From: Armatimonadota bacterium
GTDB taxonomy: Bacteria > Sysuimicrobiota > Sysuimicrobiia > Sysuimicrobiales > Humicultoraceae
NCBI GenBank assembly: GCA_037443365.1
Contig: JBBIOM010000036.1
Location: 1 to 17,751, forward strand
Direction: 5' to 3'
Length of the DNA: 17,751 nt
In this document: piece by piece, positions 7,971 through 15,701 of the stretch
How the letters are laid out: each line of letters starts with the position of its first letter
How positions within the stretch are numbered: the first letter of the stretch is position 1
The notes under the pieces: model-generated
The model's database searches: none
Told to the model about the DNA's origin: nothing
What the model saw: only the letters and a program-made list of their open reading frames with translations
Position numbers and translations under genes: made by a program

Positions 7971-9347
7971 CTACCAAGCCACCTGGCCCACTTCGGGAAA
8001 GCGTGAGAGCACCCCCGCAATCACCTGCTTGATCCTAGCCAGGCCGGAGGGGGTCGCCGCCTCCGCCCGCACCACCAGGGCCGGCTGCGTGTTACTGGCC
8101 CGCACGAGGCCCCAACCATCATCGAACAGCACGCGCGCGCCATCCACATCGACTACCTCGTGGTCGAGCTTGAACGCCTCGACCACCGATGCCACGACAT
8201 CGAACTTGCGCGCGTCGGGGCACGCCACGCGCACCTCGGGCGTCACCGGGTATCTTGGCACGTCGGAAGTGAGCACCGATAGCGGGAGATCGGACTGCGA
8301 GAGAATCCGCAGCAGACGCCCTGCGGCGTAGAGCGCGTCGTCGAAACCATAGTACTCGTCCGCGAAGAACATGTGCCCCGACATCTCGCCGGTGAAGACC
8401 GCGCCGATCTCGCGCATCTTGGCCTTGATCAGCGAGTGGCCCGTGCGGTAGAAGAACGGCTTCCCCCCCAGGCGCCTGACCTCGTCCACAAGCGCCTGCG
8501 AGCACTTCACCTCGACGATCACGTCGGCCCCAGGATGCCGCGGCAGGATCTCGCGCCAGTAGAGGACCATCAGGAGATCACCCCAGAGGATCTCGCCCTG
8601 ATCGTCCACGACCCCTATCCGGTCGCCATCGCCGTCCACCCCGATCCCCAGGTCGCACCGCTCGCGGCGCACCAGCGCGATCAGATCGGACAGGTTGCGC
8701 GGATCCACCGGGTCCGGATGGTGATGCGGGAAGCTGGGGTCGGAATCGCAGTAGATCGGCACGACCTCCACGCCCCACGCGGCCAGCACCTGGGGGGCGA
8801 TGAGGCTGGCCGTACCGTTTCCGCAGTCGAGCGCCACGCGCAGGCGCCGGGGGCCCAGGCGGATCTTCTCTTGCAACGTCTCCATGTAGGCCGGGACGAT
8901 CGCGCGCGGCTGGACGCGGCCCTGGCCGATGACAAACGGCCCGGTCTCGGCCCGGCGCCGCACGGCCTGTATCTGCTCCCCGTGCAGCGTCCCGAACCCG
9001 CCGGCCAGTTTGAAGCCGTTGAACTCGGACGGGTTGTGGCTGGCCGTCACCATCACCCCGCCATCTATGTCCCAGTGCACGCGCGCGAAGTAGAACGTGG
9101 GCGTGATGACGGTTCCGATCCGGACCACATCGCACCCTGAATCGGCAAGGCCCTCGGCCGCGCCCGCCGCCAGCGCTGGGGAGTGCGCGCGGTTGTCCGC
9201 TCCCAGCACCACCGGGCTTCCGGACAGGTTCCGGTCGGCCACGTAAGCCCGGGCGATTCTCGCGGCGATCTCGGGGGTCAGGTCGGTGCCGACCACGCCG
9301 CGGATGTCGTACTCGCGGAAGATCTCGGGATTGATGACGGGCTCCAC
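7971..9347 (-). CDS. manB: Phosphomannomutase/phosphoglucomutase (AlgC/ManB-like)
   Basis: IFREYDIRG, catalytic TASHNP, metal-binding DGDGDR, sugar-binding GEMSGH, phosphate-binding RASNT. GTG start with GGGGAG 8 nt upstream. Confidence 0.96.
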   Translation of the reverse strand: MEPVINPEIFREYDIRGVVGTDLTPEIAARIARAYVADRNLSGSPVVLGADNRAHSPALAAGAAEGLADSGCDVVRIGTVITPTFYFARVHWDIDGGVMVTASHNPSEFNGFKLAGGFGTLHGEQIQAVRRRAETGPFVIGQGRVQPRAIVPAYMETLQEKIRLGPRRLRVALDCGNGTASLIAPQVLAAWGVEVVPIYCDSDPSFPHHHPDPVDPRNLSDLIALVRRERCDLGIGVDGDGDRIGVVDDQGEILWGDLLMVLYWREILPRHPGADVIVEVKCSQALVDEVRRLGGKPFFYRTGHSLIKAKMREIGAVFTGEMSGHMFFADEYYGFDDALYAAGRLLRILSQSDLPLSVLTSDVPRYPVTPEVRVACPDARKFDVVASVVEAFKLDHEVVDVDGARVLFDDGWGLVRASNTQPALVVRAEAATPSGLARIKQVIAGVLSRFPEVGQVAW

Positions 9348-9349
9348 GC

Positions 9350-10900
9350 CTAGAGCTCCCCGGGGCGAGGCGGCGCGTCCTCCGGCAGCACCGGACCCGG
9401 CCGGGTGGTGCGCGGGACCATGCCCCGGCGCTCGGTGATGCCCACGAACCCGAACTCAATTGAGAACTCGTTGCGCATCTGACGATAGCGAGCCACGACA
9501 TCCACGCAGTCCCGGATCAGGCGCAGCGTGTAGTCAACGTCGTCAAAGGCCGACAGGCGAAGGTTGTAGGATGCGGAGGCGCCGGCCTCCAGCGACGGCG
9601 TTGCGACAACCATGAAGGACGCCGTCAGCTTCGTCTCGGGAACGACGGTGTTGTGGGCGACCCCGGCCGATAGGCGGAAGCGGTCCGGCACGGTGCGCGT
9701 GACGCTCAGGCCCAGCGTGCTGGCCGGATCCACAACATCAATGCTAAGCGGCGTGCCCCCATGCACCGCCACGTAGAGGTAGCGAAGCGAGGTTGTCGTG
9801 TAGCGATCGAGACGGTAGTTCAGCGCCGCGCCCAGGGTTGTCACGGTGCGGGTCGTTCCCGTTCCGTACACCGAGACGCGCGCCGCGCCGCGCGCGGCAA
9901 AGGTCAGGCCCGGCGCGACGCGCAGGCGTTCGGTCTCGACGGCAAGCTCGCCGTCGAGACGCGAGGTGGCAACGCCCGAGGCAATCTCGCCGTACCATCC
10001 GGCCGCGGCGGACAGTGACCAGGACAGCGGCGCCGGGCCGATGCGGGCAGGGCGCGTTGTCATTCCGATCTCGGCCACGTCGTAGCGCAGCCCGCTGTAG
10101 GCCTGGCGGTCATCAACCAGTTGCGTCCTGCCCAGCTGCAGGGTCGCTGTGAAGGCCGGCCCTTCCCAGGCCTGGGTAAGCAGCGGCGCGATTCCGCTGA
10201 TCGTGCCGTACTTGAGGTAGAGACGCCCGCGTCCCGATCCCATCCCCACTGGAATCCGGTAGTCCGCCCAGAAGCCGTCGAGGCTGTTGTATCCCAGGCC
10301 GGGGAGGATCGTCCCCTCCACCCCGGGACGCAACGAGAGGATGTAGCGAGGGAAGGTCAGCAGCCGGCGGTTGCGCAGGTACAGCGTGGCGTGATAGGCC
10401 ACGATCTCCCGGTCGGGAATCAGCTCGATGCGCCGCGCGGTGACGTGGTAGAAGGGGCGGCGGGGATCGCAGTTGGTCACGAACCCCTCGAAGCAGACGA
10501 AGCGATCCGCCGTGAAGTCCAATCGGTCCCCGCGCACGTAGACGCGGCGATCGCGATCCACAATCCCTTCTATGGGTTCGAACCGCCCCTCATCGGTGCG
10601 GGCGTCGTAGGTGAGCGTGCGGCCTCGCAGTTCGTGGCCCCGTGCATCCACCATCCGCACATTCCCGGTGGCCACGATGATCTGCGTGCGCAGATCGTAG
10701 CGCGCGCTGTCGGCGAACAGGCGATACCGCCGTAGCGTCACGCGGACGTTGCCCGAGGCCACGACGACCTGGCCCGCGGAGTCGTAGACGATGCTGTCGG
10801 CCTCCACGGTCACCGGAGCCGGCTGGGCGCCCGCGGTCCCGGCGCAGGCCAGGATCACGGAAAGCACGGCGACCACAACATGCCGCACGCTGCGCCTCAC
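9350..10900 (-). CDS. lptD: LptD/OstA-like LPS-assembly outer-membrane protein (short form)
   Basis: Signal peptide MRRSVRHVVVAVLSVILACAGTAGA|QP. OstA jelly-roll repeats (VEADSIVYD..ASGNV, LFADSARYD..ATGNV). FVTNCDPRRPFYHVTARRI resembles the LptD 'FTTC..P.W...A..I' motif. Amphipathic beta strands follow, ending FSIEFGF. Best start is GTG 10900 (GGAGG 8 nt upstream), 516 aa; ATG 10933 is an alternative; track start 11095 rejected. Confidence 0.8.
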   Translation of the reverse strand: MRRSVRHVVVAVLSVILACAGTAGAQPAPVTVEADSIVYDSAGQVVVASGNVRVTLRRYRLFADSARYDLRTQIIVATGNVRMVDARGHELRGRTLTYDARTDEGRFEPIEGIVDRDRRVYVRGDRLDFTADRFVCFEGFVTNCDPRRPFYHVTARRIELIPDREIVAYHATLYLRNRRLLTFPRYILSLRPGVEGTILPGLGYNSLDGFWADYRIPVGMGSGRGRLYLKYGTISGIAPLLTQAWEGPAFTATLQLGRTQLVDDRQAYSGLRYDVAEIGMTTRPARIGPAPLSWSLSAAAGWYGEIASGVATSRLDGELAVETERLRVAPGLTFAARGAARVSVYGTGTTRTVTTLGAALNYRLDRYTTTSLRYLYVAVHGGTPLSIDVVDPASTLGLSVTRTVPDRFRLSAGVAHNTVVPETKLTASFMVVATPSLEAGASASYNLRLSAFDDVDYTLRLIRDCVDVVARYRQMRNEFSIEFGFVGITERRGMVPRTTRPGPVLPEDAPPRPGEL

Positions 10901-10940
10901 ACCATGCGCCTCCGACCGCTGTTCGTTCGCCATTCCTCCA

Positions 10941-12608
10941 CTATTCCTCCGCGCCGGGCGGCTTCCCTGCGTCGTTCCAGTTGGCCACCAGGAGCAGTCT
11001 GGCCGGACTGATGAAGAGCTGTACCGGAGGCGGGACGAGCACGCGCGACAGTGTCTCGAAGCGTTCCTCGGGCACAACCAACAGCACCCGCTCACGGCGC
11101 CACAGGTCCGCCACCTGCCGGGCGTCCGTCGCGACCAGCACAGGCTCGTCGAGGTAGAAGCGCACGAAGTTGAGTCCGTCTCCGGCGCGCCCGAAGAGGA
11201 TCACGCGATCGCTCTCATCCGCAAGCGGGGCGGCCGCCGTGGAGATCTCGCGCCACGGAGCCAGATGCGCGGCGTTCGCCATGATCCCGATCTCGAACGA
11301 AGCGAAGGCCAGAAGCGATCCGGCCGCTGCCAGCGCCACCGCCGCCGCTCCTCGGCCGCGCAACGCGGCCAGGCCGAGCGCGACCAGCCCGGCGGCAAGC
11401 GCAACCACGAACATGCCCGCCACGCCAACCCATGGCGCGCGCTCGACCGGGAACTGCGCCCAGAGAAACCAGAATCCGGCTGCGGCCAGCGCCGGGGCCG
11501 GGAGCAGGGCGGCCCAGCCGACCCGGCGCAGGCGCCCGGGCCTGTCGAAGAGGGTCGCGGCGGCGCACCCGGCCAGGATTGCCGCCGGCGGGAAGCAGGG
11601 CAGGAGGTACCGGGAAACCTTGTCTCCTGAGGAGAGCGAGAGGGTCACGAAGATCGCGAGGAACCAGACAGCGACGACTCTCATGCCAGGCGAGGCATCG
11701 CGCCACAGGCGGCGCGGGCCTGCCGACACCGCCGCCAGCAGCGGAGACCAGGGCAGCATCCCGATCAGGAGAAGCGGCAGATAGGCGAAGATTGAGAGCC
11801 AGTAGGGCGGAGGCGTGGAGATGGCCGGCGCGAAGTACCGCCCTATCCCAAGCGTGCCCGACGTGACGAAGGTCCTGACGAACTGCTCTCCTCCCCGTGC
11901 GATTCCAACCGCGAACCAGGGCACTGCCAGCGCCGCGAAGACCGCGACGGCCAACACCGCGTGTCCGAGCAGCGCGCGCCCCGCGTGCGGCAGCGCCGGG
12001 CGCACCGCGACAAGCGCCGCGAGCACCGCCACACCGAATAGACCGACCCCGGGCACGCCGCGTGTGAGCGCGGCGAGCGCCGCGCTCGCGGCCGCGACCA
12101 GGACCCAGCGCACCGCGCCGCCATCTATGTATCGCACCACCCCGTACATGCCCAGCGTCAGGAAGAACGTGAGAGGCAGATCCTGCTGGGGCACGGTGGC
12201 CTGATAGAGGAACTGCGCCGAGGTGCCAAGCACAAGCGATGCCAGCAGCCCTGCCTCGTGGGATGCGCCGGCCGCGCGCGCGGTCCTGTACGTAAGCGCA
12301 ACGAGCGCCACTGCCATGACCAGTTGCCAGAGGCGCAGCGTCAGGTCCGAGACACCCAGCAGCCGGAAGGAAAGCGCCATCAGCCAGAAAGTGAGAGGGG
12401 GCTTGTCCACGAACCAGCCCGGATAGTGCATGGTAACCCAGTCCCCGGTGGCGAGGATGTTAGCGGCAATCCGGCCGTAGAGTGGGGCGTCGCCGTCGAG
12501 ATGGGGCAAGGGGGCCGCGGCAAGCACTGTCGCGCCTGCCAGGAATAGCAGCGCGAGCCAGAGACGGGCGCGTACAGAAGCAGGATCGGGTGGCAGCGGG
12601 ATGTTCAT
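10941..12608 (-). CDS. ArnT-like polyprenyl-phosphate-sugar-dependent glycosyltransferase (GT-C, GT83/GT39 family)
   Basis: LDGDAPLYGRIAANILATGDWVT...DKPPLTFWLMALSFRLLG, LPWSPLL, DKVSRYLLPCFPPAAIL. Many transmembrane segments and a soluble C-terminal domain. No clear SD before ATG 12608. Confidence 0.9.
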   Translation of the reverse strand: MNIPLPPDPASVRARLWLALLFLAGATVLAAAPLPHLDGDAPLYGRIAANILATGDWVTMHYPGWFVDKPPLTFWLMALSFRLLGVSDLTLRLWQLVMAVALVALTYRTARAAGASHEAGLLASLVLGTSAQFLYQATVPQQDLPLTFFLTLGMYGVVRYIDGGAVRWVLVAAASAALAALTRGVPGVGLFGVAVLAALVAVRPALPHAGRALLGHAVLAVAVFAALAVPWFAVGIARGGEQFVRTFVTSGTLGIGRYFAPAISTPPPYWLSIFAYLPLLLIGMLPWSPLLAAVSAGPRRLWRDASPGMRVVAVWFLAIFVTLSLSSGDKVSRYLLPCFPPAAILAGCAAATLFDRPGRLRRVGWAALLPAPALAAAGFWFLWAQFPVERAPWVGVAGMFVVALAAGLVALGLAALRGRGAAAVALAAAGSLLAFASFEIGIMANAAHLAPWREISTAAAPLADESDRVILFGRAGDGLNFVRFYLDEPVLVATDARQVADLWRRERVLLVVPEERFETLSRVLVPPPVQLFISPARLLLVANWNDAGKPPGAEE

Positions 12609-12666
12609 CGTGTACAGGTCTCGATTCGGCGGGTGGGGCTGGCGGCCCTGTAGGCGACCGGTGAAA

Positions 12667-12696
12667 TTGCCGCGACGCCCCCTTGGACACTATAAT
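12667..12696 (+). promoter_or_regulatory. Putative sigma70-type promoter for the rightward operon
   Basis: TTGCCG (12667-12672), 18 nt spacer, perfect TATAAT (12691-12696). It lies in the only divergent intergenic gap of a very GC-rich window. Confidence 0.7.
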
Positions 12697-12720
12697 GAAG
12701 CGTCGTGCGCGCGATGACAA
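12689..12720 (-). promoter_or_regulatory. Putative sigma70-type promoter for the leftward operon, overlapping the + strand -10
   Basis: Minus strand reads TTGTCA (12720-12715), 17 nt, CATTATAGT. This gives CATTAT at 17-nt spacing or TATAGT (12694-12689) at 20-nt spacing. Confidence 0.5.
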
Positions 12721-13931
12721 ACCACTTTCCTGCCCGCACCCTGATCATCGTCGGCAACAGCCCTGGCGAGGTAGCGGGGTGGGCCGTGCCCCTCGCCGCT
12801 GAGGCCCGCAGGATGGCGCAGGCCGGCGTGCCGTTCGTGGAGACGGTGCTCTGCCTGCCACCGTGCCAGTTCGCCAGCGGGCAGGAGGAGGCAGCAGCAC
12901 ACGCGGCCGGTGTGTTCGACCGGGTGCTGAATCCCGGCGCGACCCTGCGGCTTGCACTCGGGCTCCCTGGATGGACCCCTGCGGCGACGCCAGTGGTGCT
13001 GCATGTCGGCGGCGACTTCTGGTTCTCCCGACGCCTGGCCCGCCGGTGGCGTGCCAGCGCCTTCGCCTTCGTCGAGCGCGCGCACATCGCGCGCTCGCAC
13101 AGGGGATACAACCGGGTCTTCGTCCCCACGCCGGCGCTGCGGGAGCGGCTCGTGGATCTCGGCGTCCCCTTCGAGAAGATCGAGGTCACCGGCGATCCGA
13201 TCCAGGACGCGGTGCTCGAGGACCGTACCGCCCGCGAGACCGGTGACGGTGATGCCGATTACCCGCGAATCGCGCTTCTGGCCGGTAGTCGCGACAGCGT
13301 CTTCTCCGCTGTGTTCCCATTCTGGGTCAGAACCGGGGCGGCCCTGCGTGCACGGGCGCCCGAGGCCCGGCTGCTGGCGGTGATCTCACCGTTCGTGTCA
13401 CCCTCGGTGAGGGAACATCTGCTGGCCCGATACCAGTCCGGTCTTGATGCCGCCGGGATCGAGGTCTGCTGCGGCGGCCGTCCCTGCTTGCGGGGTGCAG
13501 ACCTGGCGTTGACGATTCCGGGCACCAACACGCTGGAGCTGGCGCTGATGCGCATTCCCACCCTGGTCGTCCTCCCGTTCGGTCTGGCCCCGCAGATCCC
13601 GGTGGAGGGCGCGATTGAGTGGCTCACGCGCGTGCCGCGAATCGGGCTGGCGTTCAAGCTCGCCCTGGCGCGCAGGTACATCAGCCGCAGGCCCTACCTG
13701 GCGCTGCCCAACATGCGAGCCAGGCGCCTGGTAATGCCCGAACTCGTGGGCGACGTGACGCCCGAGCAGGTGGCCGAAGAAGGGGCCAGGCTGATCCGCG
13801 ATCGCGCCGCCCGGCAGGGGCTCGCAGAGGCGCTGGAGGCGATCCCGTTCGAGCCCGGTGCATCGCGCCGCATCCTGGACGCGATCGCACCCGACGGTGG
13901 CGCGGCCGCGCCAGGCGGAGCCGGCGAGTGA
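12705..13931 (+). CDS. Lipid-A-disaccharide synthase (LpxB)-related GT-B glycosyltransferase, divergent
   Basis: The C-terminal half matches LpxB motifs: VTGDP, IALLAGSR (cf. LLPGSR), ADLALTIPGTNTLELALMRIPTLVV (cf. ASGT..LE....P.VV), YLALPN....VMPEL. The N-terminus has GNSPGE instead of AGE.SGD. Start is GTG 12705 or ATG 12714; neither has an SD. Confidence 0.75.
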   Translation: MRAMTNHFPARTLIIVGNSPGEVAGWAVPLAAEARRMAQAGVPFVETVLCLPPCQFASGQEEAAAHAAGVFDRVLNPGATLRLALGLPGWTPAATPVVLHVGGDFWFSRRLARRWRASAFAFVERAHIARSHRGYNRVFVPTPALRERLVDLGVPFEKIEVTGDPIQDAVLEDRTARETGDGDADYPRIALLAGSRDSVFSAVFPFWVRTGAALRARAPEARLLAVISPFVSPSVREHLLARYQSGLDAAGIEVCCGGRPCLRGADLALTIPGTNTLELALMRIPTLVVLPFGLAPQIPVEGAIEWLTRVPRIGLAFKLALARRYISRRPYLALPNMRARRLVMPELVGDVTPEQVAEEGARLIRDRAARQGLAEALEAIPFEPGASRRILDAIAPDGGAAAPGGAGE

Positions 13932-15700
13932 GCGACCTGCGCGGCCTGGCCGCCCGGGTGGCGCCCTACCGCCTGCAGATCGCGGGAGCCCTGGCAGCGG
14001 TGCTGGTGGCCACCGGGGCCAACCTCGCGGTTCCCAGGTACACGGGCTTCCTGATAGACCAGATCGTGGCCACGCGCTCCTTCTCCACCCTCAATCGCGG
14101 GGCCGGCATAATACTGCTCCTGTTCGCGCTCAACAGCCTGGCGCTCTTCGCCCAGATCTACCTGATGTACTACCTGGCGCATCGCATCGTGGCCGACCTG
14201 CGCCAGGACCTGTTCGCGCGCATCCAGCGCTGGTCGCTCGACCGGTTCGCGGTCTGGCAGAGCGGCGACGCGATCTCCCGGAGCCTCCAGGACACGCAGG
14301 TGGTGCAGACCGAGATGCTGATGGGAGCGGTGGACGCGATCTCCACCGCGCTCATGTTCGCGGGCATCGTGGGCATGCTGCTGTGGATCGACTGGCAGCT
14401 CGCGCTCGCGATCGCGGTGGTCATCCCGCTCGTCGGCGCGATCGCGCGTGCATTTGGCAGGGAGATACAGGGCACGGCCACGCGTGCCCAGGAGCACGTG
14501 GCGGGCCTGGCAGGCCTGATCCGCGAGGCGTTCTCCGGTGCGCGTGTGATCCGCGCGTTCTCGCGCGAGGATCGGGAGATCCGGCGGTTCCGTGACGAGA
14601 ACGAGCTGACGTTCGGGGCGAACCTCCGCATCGGCCGGATGGTGGCGCTACAGGTGCCCGTGGTCAGCTTCATGACGGCGTTCGGCGTCGTAGTCGTCCT
14701 GTGGCTGGGAGGGCAGTGGGTGACATCGGGCCGGCTCACGATCGGGACCCTCGTCGCGTTCCTGGGGTACGTGGGCCTGGCCGTCCAGCCGGCGGTAAGC
14801 CTCACGCGCCACTACGCCGGGTTACGGCAGGCGATGGGCGCCTTCCGACGGATCCGCGCCCTGCTCGATGAGCCCCCGGGCCTGCAGGAGAGCCCGGGCG
14901 CGGCGGCGCTACCGCCGATCGCGGGCCGCGTCCGCTTCGACAACGTCTCGTTCTCGTACGAACCTGATCAGTGGGCCCTGCGCAACCTCTCGCTGGATAT
15001 CTCACCGGGTGAGCGCGTTGCGCTCGTAGGGCTGAGCGGTGCAGGTAAGACGACGCTCGTGAACCTGATCGCCCGCTTCTACGATCCCGCCGAGGGGCGC
15101 ATCGAGATCGATGGATGGGACCTGCGCCGTGTGACGATCCGGTCGCTGCGGCGGCAGATCGGGCTGGTCCCGCAGGAGACGGTCCTGTTCCGCGGCACAG
15201 TCCACGACAACATCGCGTACGCGCGACCCGACGCGCAGTTCGACGAGGTCGTGGCCGCGGCGAAGGCCGCCAACGCGCACGATTTCATCATGTCGTTGGC
15301 GGACGGGTATCGGACCCTGCTGGGTGAGGACGGCCTGCAGCTCTCGGGTGGACAGCGCCAGCGCATCGCCATAGCGCGCGCGCTGCTGTGTGACCCACGC
15401 CTCCTGATCTTCGACGAGGCCACGTCGGCCCTGGACAGCGAGTCCGAGAACCTGATCCAGGACGCGCTCAACCGGGCGACACGCGGGCGCACGACATTCA
15501 TCATCGCGCACCGTCTGTCCACCGTGCGGGGGGCGGACCGGATAGTCGTGCTGGACCAGGGCGCGGTCGCAGAGGACGGCCGGCACGAGGACCTGCTGAC
15601 GCGGGGCGGAACATACGCCAGGCTTCTCCGGCTGCAGTGGGTGGACGCGGCTCCGGCCGACGTGCCGGCCGCGCCGCCCTCTCCACCGTCCGCAACGTGA
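13928..15700 (+). CDS. msbA: ABC exporter, fused permease/ATPase, MsbA-like lipid A flippase
   Basis: N-terminal TM domain plus Walker A GLSGAGKT, Q-loop VPQE, signature LSGGQRQR, Walker B IFDEATSALD, H-loop IAHRLST. True start is GTG 13928 (GTGA overlap with upstream stop, GGAG 7 nt upstream), 590 aa. The msbA name rests on gene context. Confidence 0.9.
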   Translation: MSDLRGLAARVAPYRLQIAGALAAVLVATGANLAVPRYTGFLIDQIVATRSFSTLNRGAGIILLLFALNSLALFAQIYLMYYLAHRIVADLRQDLFARIQRWSLDRFAVWQSGDAISRSLQDTQVVQTEMLMGAVDAISTALMFAGIVGMLLWIDWQLALAIAVVIPLVGAIARAFGREIQGTATRAQEHVAGLAGLIREAFSGARVIRAFSREDREIRRFRDENELTFGANLRIGRMVALQVPVVSFMTAFGVVVVLWLGGQWVTSGRLTIGTLVAFLGYVGLAVQPAVSLTRHYAGLRQAMGAFRRIRALLDEPPGLQESPGAAALPPIAGRVRFDNVSFSYEPDQWALRNLSLDISPGERVALVGLSGAGKTTLVNLIARFYDPAEGRIEIDGWDLRRVTIRSLRRQIGLVPQETVLFRGTVHDNIAYARPDAQFDEVVAAAKAANAHDFIMSLADGYRTLLGEDGLQLSGGQRQRIAIARALLCDPRLLIFDEATSALDSESENLIQDALNRATRGRTTFIIAHRLSTVRGADRIVVLDQGAVAEDGRHEDLLTRGGTYARLLRLQWVDAAPADVPAAPPSPPSAT

Positions 15701-15701
15701 G

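Noticed and set aside
10844-10855. ILAC as a lipobox in the LptD-like signal peptide
   Set aside because: Leu at -2 is atypical and a good signal peptidase I site (AGA|QP) follows. SignalP would settle it.
10932-10950. 8-bp direct repeat ATTCCTCC (10932-10939, 10943-10950; GGAGGAAT twice on -) at the arnT-like/lptD-like junction
   Set aside because: Too short, only 3 nt apart, with no element between the copies. Likely a micro-duplication of an SD-like sequence rather than a target-site duplication.
10934-11095. Cys-rich N-terminal extension of the LptD-like ORF in the track
   Set aside because: Overlaps the ArnT-like gene and would bury the signal peptide. A downstream start with a good SD exists.
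13619-13927. 103-aa N-terminal extension of the ABC transporter in the track
   Set aside because: Lies inside the LpxB-related gene and is Arg/Gly-rich noise. The GTGA overlap at 13928 gives a normal 590-aa exporter.
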